Shown here one piece after another: positions 35,166 through 44,454 of a stretch of 51,580 nt of DNA (the stretch's first letter is position 1; each line of letters opens with the position of its first letter). The position numbers and the translations under genes are program-made. Source of the DNA: Candidatus Sysuimicrobiota bacterium CSP1-3 (GTDB lineage: Bacteria > Sysuimicrobiota > Sysuimicrobiia > Sysuimicrobiales > Humicultoraceae); the NCBI GenBank assembly GCA_001443485.1, contig LDXQ01000005.1, positions 1-51,580 of the forward strand, in the 5' to 3' direction. The notes under the pieces are model-generated. The model searched no databases. It saw only the letters and a list, made by a program, of their open reading frames with translations, and was not told where the DNA came from.

Positions 35166-35696
35166 ATGGCCAGACGGAACTTCGAGGACCGCACCGACCG
35201 GGTCTTCCTCCGCGGCATCCGGGGAGAGTACAGTCTCAAAGAGGAGTTGCGCCGCCTGCGCTCCCTCCCCCGAGTGCGCCGGGCCGAGGAGATCCCGTTC
35301 ATCGACGGGCCGCAGGAGTTCTCGCGCCACTACCTTCACCCGGAAGACGGCCTGGGCCAGACCCTGCACTTACACGTGGAGGAGTTCGCTCCCGGCGGGA
35401 AATCGCAGATGCACTTCCACGTCAACGAAGCCATCTTCTATATCCTGGACGGCAAGGGCTTCGAACTCCACGACGGCGTCCGCTACGAGTGGGAGGCGGG
35501 AGACGTGGCGGTGGTCCCCAACCACACGGTCCACCAGCACAACAATGGGGACCCGCAGCGTCCAGCGCGCGCCCTCGTCATGAAGGCCAAGCCGATGTTC
35601 ATCTTCATGAACATGCTCTTCCAGAAGACCCTGATCCCGCGCCCCAAGGGGCCGAGCCCGACCGGCGAGGGTTTCGTGCCGCGGGAGGACGAGTAG
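35166..35696 (+). CDS. Cupin-domain protein (gentisate-dioxygenase-like monocupin).
   Basis: 'GGKSQMHFHVNEAIFYILDGKG' and 'VHQHNNGD' are present. Confidence 0.7.
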   Translation: MARRNFEDRTDRVFLRGIRGEYSLKEELRRLRSLPRVRRAEEIPFIDGPQEFSRHYLHPEDGLGQTLHLHVEEFAPGGKSQMHFHVNEAIFYILDGKGFELHDGVRYEWEAGDVAVVPNHTVHQHNNGDPQRPARALVMKAKPMFIFMNMLFQKTLIPRPKGPSPTGEGFVPREDE

Positions 35697-35702
35697 ACCG
35701 CC

Positions 35703-36308
35703 ATGGCCTGGGGAGAGAGCAAGGTCTGGCAGCGGGGCACCCGGCAGGCCGACTTCTACCGGCGGCTGTTGGCCGACGCGGCGGACCGGCCGGTCCGCGA
35801 CACGGGGCGCCGGCGCCTGGTCAAACCGGAGGAGATGCCCTGGGAACTTTCCTCCCACGGCCTGCTCAAACACATGGTCAATGAGCAGATGCACACGCGG
35901 GCGGAGACGCTCGACATTTACATGCAGGTCATCCCCGCGGGGAGCCGGTCCGGCCGGCACCGCCACTTCGCGGAAGAGGCGTTCTACGTCGTCGAAGGGA
36001 CCGGCTACGACCTCCACTGGGATTGTGACGTGGACGCGGACGCGCAGGGCTGGCGCTGGATCGTACCCGATAAGCCGCAGCGGTTCACCTGGAAGGCCGG
36101 CGATGTAGTCTATGTCCCCCCGGCCACCATGCACCAACATTTCAACGCGAGCTCCGAGCGGCCCGCCCGTATCATCTCCGCCACGAACCGGGTCTACAAG
36201 TGGTCGGGGCTGAACAACCTGGAGCAACTGGAGAATGCGCCGGAGTATGAGGCCGGCGTCTCGCTCCCGGACCTGCTGCGCACGCTGAGCTTCGACGTCG
36301 TGCGGTAG
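35703..36308 (+). CDS. Cupin-domain protein (second monocupin).
   Basis: 'GSRSGRHRHFAEEAFYVVEGTG' and 'MHQHFNAS' are present. Confidence 0.7.
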   Translation: MAWGESKVWQRGTRQADFYRRLLADAADRPVRDTGRRRLVKPEEMPWELSSHGLLKHMVNEQMHTRAETLDIYMQVIPAGSRSGRHRHFAEEAFYVVEGTGYDLHWDCDVDADAQGWRWIVPDKPQRFTWKAGDVVYVPPATMHQHFNASSERPARIISATNRVYKWSGLNNLEQLENAPEYEAGVSLPDLLRTLSFDVVR

Positions 36309-36311
36309 CGC

Positions 36312-37325
36312 CTACCCGCTCACTTCCGCGCTGCTCCGAGTTTCAAACCACAGGTAGGGAAAGCGTTCCTTCGCAATCTTCTGGAAGAAGTGTGTGCGGA
36401 TGCCGGGAGAGCAGCGCAGCTGATACGTGGGGACCCTGCCCGTGTTGAAGTGCTGGTGTACGGTCTGCGGTCCCTGGATGTGGACGCACGAACCAGGCTT
36501 CCAGGGAACCTTCTCCCCGTCCACCTCCGAGTATCCCTCGCCCTGGATGATATAGAGCGTCGCCTCCATGTGCGCGTGCTTGCCCCCGTGCGCACTTGGT
36601 TCGTCGCTGAGGATGCCGGTGATCTCGATCTCCATGTTCTGGAAGTCCTGGCGGCCGCGACCGACGAACCCCATGAAGTCGATGAAGAGCGAGTGGTTGG
36701 ACGCCCCCTGCGCCTGCATCGCGGCGTCGGCCTTGAGGGGCACCTCGCCGTCGCGTCGGCTGTGCGCTCCCGCCTCGGTGCCTCGCCGGCGCGGCGCGTC
36801 CTCCCACCGGAGGACGATGCGACGGCCCTGCTGATCGAGCCCTGAGGCGGAGAGAGGCACGTCGGGCACACGGCCGGTGGGGCCGCACTCGGAAAACTGC
36901 TCCAATTGCGCCAGGCCGATAGCGTGCTCGAGGTGGATCGCCATGTACGAGTAATAGCGCGCCGCAACCGGTCCCCGGTTGAAGTGCTGGTGCCGCGCGC
37001 CAAACGGCATCCACAAGGTGCTGCCTTTGGCCCAGTCGTAGCGCGCGCCGTCGACGATGCTGCAGCCCTCGCCGTCAACGATGTAGATGCCCTCCTCACC
37101 GTGGGCGTGCTCGCCGGTGTGCCCGCCGACAGGGATCTCGGCGACCATGCTGGCCGTCCCCCAGGTCGCGAACCCGGTCTCCGGAGCAACGAGGAGGGCG
37201 ATGCGGGCATCTTGAGGTGTTTTCACCCAGGTCAACTCTTCTTCATGGATGACTTTGCGCGCCCGCCGTCGCTTCTCGGTGGCCTGACTCCAGAATCCCA
37301 ACCATTCATCATAAAACGTCGCCAT
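36312..37325 (-). CDS. Bicupin protein (gentisate 1,2-dioxygenase-like). It is the last gene of the ABC importer operon.
   Basis: The start 'MATFYDEW' follows GGAGGA. There are two cupin cores, 'GHTGEHAHGEEGIYIVDGEG...HQHFNRG' and 'HGGKHAHMEATLYIIQGEG...HQHFNTG'. Confidence 0.7.
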   Translation of the reverse strand: MATFYDEWLGFWSQATEKRRRARKVIHEEELTWVKTPQDARIALLVAPETGFATWGTASMVAEIPVGGHTGEHAHGEEGIYIVDGEGCSIVDGARYDWAKGSTLWMPFGARHQHFNRGPVAARYYSYMAIHLEHAIGLAQLEQFSECGPTGRVPDVPLSASGLDQQGRRIVLRWEDAPRRRGTEAGAHSRRDGEVPLKADAAMQAQGASNHSLFIDFMGFVGRGRQDFQNMEIEITGILSDEPSAHGGKHAHMEATLYIIQGEGYSEVDGEKVPWKPGSCVHIQGPQTVHQHFNTGRVPTYQLRCSPGIRTHFFQKIAKERFPYLWFETRSSAEVSG

Positions 37326-37372
37326 CGGGTCCTCCGCTTCGTGAGACTGGTTTGCCCGTCGCGTCGACTGGA

Positions 37373-38467
37373 TCACCCGGCGGCGCCGCGGGGCACAACA
37401 ACGCAGCGCTCCGGTGGAAAGACGACATAGACGGTCGTGCCCGCTGGTGGAAACGCCGCGCCGGCGCCCCGCGCCCGGAGAGTGGTGCCCGTGACACGCA
37501 CGTAGGCCTCCGAACTCTCCCCGCTGAAGACCACATCCTCTAGGATCCCACTCCACACGTTGAGCCCGTCGGTAACCGGCCGATCCGTCACGATCTTGAT
37601 ATCTTCCGGCCGCAGACAGAGCAGCACCTCGCCGGACGAGAGGCCGTTGGGCGACGCACAGCGGAGAGAACCGCAGGCGGTCGTCACCATCGCGATCCCG
37701 TTCACCGTCTCCAACCGGCCGGGCAAGAGGTTCGCCGCTCCGACGAACCAGGCGACAAAGGGATCGTGCGGGTGGGCGTAGACCTCACGCGGCGGCCCAG
37801 TCTGAATGAGCCGGCCCTCGGTCATCACGCCGACGACATCGGAGAGGGTCAGCGCCTCGGCTTGGTCATGGGTGACGTAGCAGGTCGTGACCCCGACGCG
37901 CCGCTGGATGGACTTCAGCTCCCGCCCCAGTTGCTCGCGGAGCTTGGCGTCGAGGTTGCTCAGCGGCTCGTCGAGCAACAAGACCTTCGGCGCGTGCACC
38001 AGGGCCCGGGCCAGGGCCAGGCGCTGCTGCTGTCCCCCGGAGAGACTGGGGGCCGGGCGCGCTTCCAGCCCATCGAGCCCGACCAGTTCCAGTACTTCTC
38101 GCACGCGCCGCCGGACCTCGCCGCCGGGGCGCCGCCGCACCTCCAGGGGGAAGGCGGCGTTCTCGTAGACCGTCATGTGCGGCCAGATCGCGTAGGATTG
38201 GAAGACCACGCCCAGATCGCGCCGGTGCGGGGGAATCGCCGTCCCGCGGGAGTGCGAATACACCAGACGCTCATCGAGCCACACTTCGCCGGCATCGGGT
38301 TGCTCCAGCCCGGCGATGCACCGCAGGATGGTCGTCTTGCCGCATCCACTGGGACCAAGCAGGGTGAAGAACGCCCCCTGCGGGATGGAAAACGTCACGC
38401 CGCCGACCGCCTGGATCGTCCGGTTGCCGACTCGAAAATGCTTGGTCAATCCTTCCACGCGAACCAC
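37373..38467 (-). CDS. ABC importer ATP-binding protein (PotA/FbpC/ThiQ type).
   Basis: Walker A 'GPSGCGKTT' and signature 'LSGGQQQR' are present, with a C-terminal TOBE-like extension. Confidence 0.85.
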   Translation of the reverse strand: MVRVEGLTKHFRVGNRTIQAVGGVTFSIPQGAFFTLLGPSGCGKTTILRCIAGLEQPDAGEVWLDERLVYSHSRGTAIPPHRRDLGVVFQSYAIWPHMTVYENAAFPLEVRRRPGGEVRRRVREVLELVGLDGLEARPAPSLSGGQQQRLALARALVHAPKVLLLDEPLSNLDAKLREQLGRELKSIQRRVGVTTCYVTHDQAEALTLSDVVGVMTEGRLIQTGPPREVYAHPHDPFVAWFVGAANLLPGRLETVNGIAMVTTACGSLRCASPNGLSSGEVLLCLRPEDIKIVTDRPVTDGLNVWSGILEDVVFSGESSEAYVRVTGTTLRARGAGAAFPPAGTTVYVVFPPERCVVVPRGAAG

Positions 38468-38479
38468 GGAGGTTCTCCT

Positions 38480-40210
38480 CTATCCTGGGTTCAGTTCCTG
38501 ACGACGATTCACCCACCAGAAGGCCGCGGCGAGCACGATCAGGCCGGCGCACAGGGCGCTCCCCATCGCGGAGACTTGCTGAAACAGTCCCGATTGCCAG
38601 AGGTCAAACAGCACCACCGAGAGGACTTCAGCGCGCGGGCCCCAGAGCAGCACGGAACTGCTGAACTCGCGGACGGAAACGATTAGAATGTACGTCCCGC
38701 CCGCGATGAGGGCCGGGCGGAGCAGGGGCAGAACGATCCGTCGAAACCGCACACCCCAGGTACCCCCGCTGAGCTCGCCCGCATCTTCCAGTTCCCGGTG
38801 AATCTGCGTCAGCGCCGCGCCGCAGGCCCGAATGCCGTAAGGGAGAAATCGGGTGAGATAGGCGATCAGCAGGATCCACAGCGTCCCGTAGATCGGCACA
38901 GGCAGCGTGAGATAGGTCCAGATCAGCCCCACCCCAATCACGATGCCGGGGAGGGTAATGGGGAATGTGGCCACCACATCTAGGAGCCACCGGCCGCGCG
39001 TCCGGGACCGGACGACCATCCAGGCCACGCTGGCGGAGATGAGCATTGTGAGCGCCGCGGTGCCGACGGCCAGGATCAGGCTGTTCCGCAGCCCGCGCGC
39101 CACCTGGGGATACGAAAACGCGACAGCATAGTTGTGCAGCGTCACCGCCGCGAGCGCCTGACGCGACGGGGGCATGAAGAACGGGAGGAAGGAATTCCAC
39201 AGCAGGACGGCGAGCGGCATCAGCGCGATGATCGTCAGGTAAGCCAGCACCCCCGCCCCGGTGACGGCGCGCCACGGCCCGAGGTCCAGCACTCTTCCGC
39301 GGAACCCCTCACCCGTGACCGTGGCGTAGCGGCGGGTGTCACGGAGCAGCCGGCTGTTGACAAAGAGGCCCACCGAGGTAAGCAGCAGCAGCGTCAGCGC
39401 GTACACGCCGGCCAGACCGAAGTCCGGCGGATACCGCCGCGTCGCCGCCCAGATCTTGGCCGTGAACACCTCGATCCCGGCCGGGCGCCCGATGAGGGCG
39501 GGCACCTCGAAGGTGCCCAGGTTCCGAATGAACAGCAGGAGGAAAACGGAGAGCAGGCTGGGCGCCATCAGCCGCAGGGTAATCCGCCGGACGGTCGTGC
39601 CCAGACCCGCGCCCGAGACGAACGCGGACTCCTCAAGCGCCGGGTTCATGCTGCGGAACGCCGCCGACATCATCAGGAAGGCGAACGGGGAGTAGTGCAG
39701 ACCGTCGACCCAAATCATGCCCCCCAGGGAGTAGATGTTGAACGGCGCCGTCGGGACGCCGAGGGTACGCGCCGCCAAGTTTACCAGACCGATGTTGGGG
39801 CTGAGCAGAAAGATCCAGGCAATGGTAAACAGGACTCCGGGCAGGATAAGCGGCACGATGCCGAGGATAAACAGCGTTCCCCGAAACGCCGTGTTCGTGC
39901 GTTCGTGCAGCCAGGCCAGGATGGTCCCCAGCAGCAGGGACAGCACCGCCGCGCCGGCCGCGTACGTCACAGAGTTGCCGAGCATGCGCACGGCGCCCGG
40001 CGCGGTGTAGGCCCGCAGGTAGGAAGCGAACAGCGACTGCCCCGGCCCATCTCCTCCCACGAGCGTCCCGTAGATGAGGAAGATCACCGGGCTCAACGCC
40101 AGGTAGGCGGCGGCGAGAGACGCCAGGCTGGGAACCAGGGGCCAGGAATACCCGCGCCCCGGCGCCGGGCTCAACCGCCAGAACGGCCGGGAGGGAACAG
40201 CCTGGCTCAT
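38480..40210 (-). CDS. Fused two-domain ABC permease (FbpB/ThiP type).
   Basis: It is 576 aa with about 12 TM segments and duplicated permease modules. Confidence 0.8.
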   Translation of the reverse strand: MSQAVPSRPFWRLSPAPGRGYSWPLVPSLASLAAAYLALSPVIFLIYGTLVGGDGPGQSLFASYLRAYTAPGAVRMLGNSVTYAAGAAVLSLLLGTILAWLHERTNTAFRGTLFILGIVPLILPGVLFTIAWIFLLSPNIGLVNLAARTLGVPTAPFNIYSLGGMIWVDGLHYSPFAFLMMSAAFRSMNPALEESAFVSGAGLGTTVRRITLRLMAPSLLSVFLLLFIRNLGTFEVPALIGRPAGIEVFTAKIWAATRRYPPDFGLAGVYALTLLLLTSVGLFVNSRLLRDTRRYATVTGEGFRGRVLDLGPWRAVTGAGVLAYLTIIALMPLAVLLWNSFLPFFMPPSRQALAAVTLHNYAVAFSYPQVARGLRNSLILAVGTAALTMLISASVAWMVVRSRTRGRWLLDVVATFPITLPGIVIGVGLIWTYLTLPVPIYGTLWILLIAYLTRFLPYGIRACGAALTQIHRELEDAGELSGGTWGVRFRRIVLPLLRPALIAGGTYILIVSVREFSSSVLLWGPRAEVLSVVLFDLWQSGLFQQVSAMGSALCAGLIVLAAAFWWVNRRQELNPG

Positions 40211-41268
40211 CGTCCCCCGCGGACCAGCAACTCCTCCCAGAGGCGGTTGTAGAAGTCGAATTGCGAAAGGAACTTGGCCGGATCGATGGTGACGTACCGG
40301 AATCCCCGCCCCAGGTACGGCGGATCAGAGGGGACGAAGGGATGGGCCACGACGCGACCCAGCTTGGCCAGGACGGCTTGTCCTTCCGACGAGAGCATGT
40401 AGTCGATGAAGAGCATCGCCGCGTGCGGGTTCGCCGCCCGCCGGGGCAGTCCGATCATCTGGGGGACGGCGACGACGGGGTCCAGCACCGCCCAGTCGAT
40501 CGGCGCGCCGCGCCGCTTCAACTGCTCCGCACGGTGGTTGTAGACGTGCGGGGAGAGCGGCACCTCGCCGGCGGCGATGAGTTCGGCCAGCGCGGAGTGG
40601 CCTTTGCGCACCTGCAGTCCCTGGCGGCCGAGGCGCGAGAAGTATTCGCGGGCCTTGCCCTCGCCCCAGAAATCCCACAACGAGGCCAGCCAGATCTGAT
40701 CGTCCGCCTCGACGGCCACTTTGCCCTGCCAGCGGGATTGCAGCAGATCGTCATACGACTTCGGCGCGTCCGCCGCCGCGACGGCGCGGGTGTTGTACCC
40801 GGCGACCAGCATGTTGGCCCGTGTCATCACCCAATAGCCCTCCGGGCTCTTGGCGCTCCTGGGGTAGGCGCCCGACCGCGGGGAGGCGAACGGCGTGAGG
40901 ATGCCTTCCTTCTGGACCTTCCCCAGGTCGATGCTGGAGAGCTCCACCACATCCGCCAGGTACTTGCGCCCCCGGTATTCGGTGATGACCTTGAGGGCGA
41001 CATCTTCCGTGGAAGCCCGATAGATCTCCGCGCGGACAAATGGGTACCGCCGCGTGAAGGCCTCCAGCAGCGGGTTGGCCTCTTCAAGGCTGAGCGCGCT
41101 ATAGAGCAGCAGCCGCCCTTCGCGCCTCGCCCCGGCCTCCAGTATCTGCTGCCGATCGGTTGCCCGGTACAAGGCCACCAAGGGGACTTGGTCCTGGGCC
41201 GCCATCCCCGGCAACGAGGAGAGGCAGAGCCCCAACGTTATCGCGAGGACTGCTACAATCCGCGCCAT
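40207..41268 (-). CDS. Periplasmic/extracellular solute-binding protein, family 1 (Fe3+/thiamine-type).
   Basis: It has a signal peptide 'MARIVAVLAITLGLCLSSLPGMAAQ', a suitable size and the operon context. Confidence 0.7.
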   Translation of the reverse strand: MARIVAVLAITLGLCLSSLPGMAAQDQVPLVALYRATDRQQILEAGARREGRLLLYSALSLEEANPLLEAFTRRYPFVRAEIYRASTEDVALKVITEYRGRKYLADVVELSSIDLGKVQKEGILTPFASPRSGAYPRSAKSPEGYWVMTRANMLVAGYNTRAVAAADAPKSYDDLLQSRWQGKVAVEADDQIWLASLWDFWGEGKAREYFSRLGRQGLQVRKGHSALAELIAAGEVPLSPHVYNHRAEQLKRRGAPIDWAVLDPVVAVPQMIGLPRRAANPHAAMLFIDYMLSSEGQAVLAKLGRVVAHPFVPSDPPYLGRGFRYVTIDPAKFLSQFDFYNRLWEELLVRGGR

Positions 41269-41588
41269 GGTCTATTCACGCTCCTCCTTCGGCCTTCGCT
41301 CTGACGATCGGAACGCCGGTAGGCCCCGACAGGGGCTGCGCAAATGCCCCTCGACGGACCCGCCCAGATTGACCTGAAGGGATTTCCTAAAAGTGTAGAG
41401 GAGGGGGTGGGGGGCGTCGATACGTCGAAGGGCGGAATATACCCCCCTTAAGGATAGATATCGGGGCCCCAGGGGAGCGGCGTGCCTGGGGTGGGGGGCT
41501 GAGCCCGGAATCGGGTCTCTGTCCGATAGCCTCAGGCAGGCGTGGCGCGTAGTTTCTAGGTAATTACGGACCCGGCTTATCGAAGGGA

Positions 41589-42017
41589 GTGAGGGTAGTG
41601 TCGGATCGTCTCCTCAGGGCAGGGCTGGTTGCGGGCGCGCTGGCCGTCGGGCTGATCCTGCTGCTGGTTCTCGCGCCGCTCCCCGGCCTGCAGGCGCAGA
41701 CGGGGTTCTACGTGGCCATCGCCCCGTACATCAGCCAGACCCATCCCTGCACCTATCACGTGAAAGGCTCCTGTCAGGCCGAACTGAAGGCGGTGACCTT
41801 CCGCTACTGGCTGCGCTCGACCGATGGGGCGGTCAGCCGGACCGGAACCGTGCGGACGGGCTCCGACGGTTTCCTGGAATGGTGGCTGCCGCCGAATAAG
41901 AGGTACGTCGCCACGTTCGAATACGAGGGACGGCGCGGGACCGGAACCTTCTCGTCCTTCCCTAAGGATCCGACCTGCATCACGACGATTCAGCTCCAAC
42001 GGGGCCCTGCCAGGTAG
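41589..42017 (+). CDS. Exported small protein with three Cys; function unknown.
   Basis: It has an N-terminal TM/signal (LVAGALAVGLILLLVLAP) and high GC3. The start may be GTG at 41589 or 41598. Confidence 0.5.
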   Translation: MRVVSDRLLRAGLVAGALAVGLILLLVLAPLPGLQAQTGFYVAIAPYISQTHPCTYHVKGSCQAELKAVTFRYWLRSTDGAVSRTGTVRTGSDGFLEWWLPPNKRYVATFEYEGRRGTGTFSSFPKDPTCITTIQLQRGPAR

Positions 42018-42052
42018 GTCCGGCGCTGCGCTCATCCGCACACCCTCCCCGC

Positions 42053-42859
42053 GTGCGACCTGCGACCCCCAGGGACATCAAGGCCCTGGTTCGACTATGT
42101 CGCGCGGCGGCGGGGTCGGGCGATTACGTCCTCGCGTACCTGCGAGAGATGCTCGCCGCCCGGGAAATCCTGGTGGCCGAAGAACGCGGCCGGATCGTAG
42201 CGATGATGGGCGTCACGCCGTGCCTGGACCGGGCCCTCTGGCTGGGACAGGCCCGCACGCATCCTGACTTTCGCCGGCAAGGTTATGCGCAGCGCCTGGT
42301 CGAGGCGGCCCGGGCGCGGGTCAGGCGAGAACGCCGCCCTGCGCTTCGCCTCTGGACGAGCGAACGGAATCTGGCGGCGCAGCGCCTGGCCGAGTCCACA
42401 GGCTTCCGCCGCATTGCCGTCTTCACGCGTCGAGTCGCCAGGACCCGGCGCGCGCCGAGCGGCCTCCGCACCAGCCGCCGCGCCGCCGAGGCCCTCCGCC
42501 TGTGGCGGCGGAGTCTCTTCTGTCGCCAGGGCGGGGGACACATCGCCTATCAAAGGCACTTCCTTCCGCTCACGCAGAACGTGCTAAAGAAGATGGCCGC
42601 CCGGAACGAACTCCTGGTGGGTCAGGATATCGCCGTGGTGCTGTGGACCCAGGAAGAGCGAAGGACCGCATTTGCCTCGGTGCTCGCCGGGGGACAACGG
42701 GGATTGACTGCCGCCAGACGGGCGGCCGGCGAACGAGGTTACGCCGCGGTCCAGACCTTCCTCCCGCGGGATCCCCGGATCGTCCGGTGGGCCCGCGAAG
42801 CAGGATTCATCAAGGGTTCCTGGGGCACGCGCGCCGTCCTGTATGAGCGGCGCGTCTGA
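42053..42859 (+). CDS. GNAT-family N-acetyltransferase with a C-terminal extension.
   Basis: 'VAEERGRIVAMMGV...HPDFRRQGYAQRLVEAA' forms the acetyl-CoA binding motif A. Confidence 0.7.
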   Translation: MRPATPRDIKALVRLCRAAAGSGDYVLAYLREMLAAREILVAEERGRIVAMMGVTPCLDRALWLGQARTHPDFRRQGYAQRLVEAARARVRRERRPALRLWTSERNLAAQRLAESTGFRRIAVFTRRVARTRRAPSGLRTSRRAAEALRLWRRSLFCRQGGGHIAYQRHFLPLTQNVLKKMAARNELLVGQDIAVVLWTQEERRTAFASVLAGGQRGLTAARRAAGERGYAAVQTFLPRDPRIVRWAREAGFIKGSWGTRAVLYERRV

Positions 42860-42883
42860 TCATCCCCCGGCCTCCTGGCGCCG

Positions 42884-43927
42884 CTATCGTTCTGGCGCCA
42901 GGCCGAACCGCCCGACAAGATCCGAGCTGATGAAGGTCGTGATCCCGGCAATCCGGTCGCCCCGGATGGTCAACACTTGGATGCCGAATGCTTGGAAGGG
43001 TCCCGTACCGGCGCGCTGATACAGCGCAAACGCGGGTTGCGCGTTGGCCCGCGTCGGGACGAGCTTCCAGGTGTTCGGCCGAACAAAGATGCGCGCCGCC
43101 GTGAAGGCGCGAATTGCTTCCCGCCCCGCGAACCAGGACGGCGACGGCGGCATGCTGACCGTGGCATCCTCTTTCAGGAGGGCGACCAGGCCGTCCACAT
43201 CTCCGTTCTCCCAGGCCCGGACATAGCGATCCAGGACGGCTGAAATGGCGCCCGTCGGGGCGGCAATCGTCGCCGCGGGCGGGTCGGGACGATAGCGCCG
43301 GGAGAGCGTCACCCGCGCGCGGTGCAGGAGACTGTTCACGGTCGGTAGGGTCAACCCCAAGAGTGACGCCACCTCCCGGGCGCGGAACCCCAGAACATCG
43401 CGCAAGATCAACACCGCGCGCTGCCGCGGTGTCAGCGCCTGCAGCGCCGTCATGAACGCCAGCGTAATGCTCTCCCGCGCGGCGTAGCGGACCTCGGGGA
43501 TCTCCGCGGGATCGGCCAGCAGGTCGTCGGGGAACGGTTCCAGCCAGATGGGTTCCCCCGACGGCGGCTCGGCCGGCCGGCCCGGATCGCCCGGTGACAG
43601 CGTGGCCTCGGGGAGGAGGCGCCGCGGCCGGCGCCGCAGCAGGTCGAGCGAGGCGTTGGTCGCGATCTTGTACAGCCAGGCCCGCAGCGGCGCGCGCCCC
43701 TCGAAGGTGTGGCGGTGCCGCCAGGCGCGCAGCAGCGTCTCCTGCACCAGGTCTTCAGCGTCGTGGAACGACCCCACCATGCGGTAGGAGTGCACCAGGA
43801 GTTCGCGCCGGAACGGCTCGACGAGCGCGCCGAAGTCCTCCCGGCTGTCCTTGCGCGCCGGCCTTCGCTCCGCGCTCCCGTCCCCGCGGCGGACCTTCAC
43901 CCCATTTCTCCCCCCGCTCGCCGTCAC
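42884..43927 (-). CDS. ECF-type sigma-70 factor with a C-terminal SnoaL/NTF2-like domain (SigJ-like).
   Basis: Region 2 is 'FHDAEDLVQETLLRAW', region 4 is 'LTPRQRAVLILRDVLGFRAREVASLLG', and there is a long C-terminal extension. Confidence 0.8.
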   Translation of the reverse strand: MTASGGRNGVKVRRGDGSAERRPARKDSREDFGALVEPFRRELLVHSYRMVGSFHDAEDLVQETLLRAWRHRHTFEGRAPLRAWLYKIATNASLDLLRRRPRRLLPEATLSPGDPGRPAEPPSGEPIWLEPFPDDLLADPAEIPEVRYAARESITLAFMTALQALTPRQRAVLILRDVLGFRAREVASLLGLTLPTVNSLLHRARVTLSRRYRPDPPAATIAAPTGAISAVLDRYVRAWENGDVDGLVALLKEDATVSMPPSPSWFAGREAIRAFTAARIFVRPNTWKLVPTRANAQPAFALYQRAGTGPFQAFGIQVLTIRGDRIAGITTFISSDLVGRFGLAPER

Positions 43928-44151
43928 GCACCTCCCCCGGTGTCCCCCTCATCTTACGTTTGACGCGGGGAGCGGGCAAAACTGTGCGCGCCCGGCCCAC
44001 CTCCCGCCCTTCGGTCCCTGCATCCACATGTCCACGCATCGACGAATCGTCGCATGCATGACACATGGATGCACAGAATCAGCCAACCATCCCGCACACT
44101 TTCTGCCCGCGCCCACGTCATATCCAGCAAAACCCCCACAAGGAGGGTCCG

Positions 44152-44454
44152 ATGAAATACGTGGTCACGGTTCGCGGCAGGCTCAAGCACAGGAACGAAC
44201 AGGAGGCCCGGGCGGCGCACGACGCCGTCGTGGACAAGCTGTCCCCCATCGGTCGGTCCATGGGCAGCACCGGCCACCGCGCCTATCTGAACGCGCAGGA
44301 CCGCAGCCAGTTCATGGCGACGGACTACTGGGACAGCCTGGAGGCGATCCAGAAATTCATGAGCGATCCCAAGACGGCGGCCGAGATCGGTCCACTCTTC
44401 GAGGAGCCGCCTGACGTCACCGTCTGGGTCGAGGCGGGCTGGAGGGGGTACTAA
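44152..44454 (+). CDS. Small ABM/Dabb-fold-like protein.
   Basis: ATG follows AAGGAGGG and the product is 100 aa. '...FMATDYWDSLEAIQKFM' resembles antibiotic-biosynthesis-monooxygenase-type domains. Confidence 0.4.
   Translation: MKYVVTVRGRLKHRNEQEARAAHDAVVDKLSPIGRSMGSTGHRAYLNAQDRSQFMATDYWDSLEAIQKFMSDPKTAAEIGPLFEEPPDVTVWVEAGWRGY

Noticed and set aside
41269-41400. A TPP (THI-box) riboswitch in the leader of the ThiBPQ-like importer. On the minus strand, 'CCCUUCAGGUCAAUCUGGGCGGGUCCGUCGAGGGG' vaguely resembles the 'ACCCUUUGAACCUGAUCUGG...GCGUAGGGA' arm.
   Set aside because: The obligatory CUGAGA pyrimidine-sensor element and a matching P2/P3 architecture are absent. The similarity is too weak without a covariance-model score.
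41550-41575. A DtxR/IdeR or Fur box near 'TTTCTAGGTAATTACGGA'.
   Set aside because: Only one half-site (TAGGTAA) resembles the DtxR consensus. The full 19-bp palindrome is not present.
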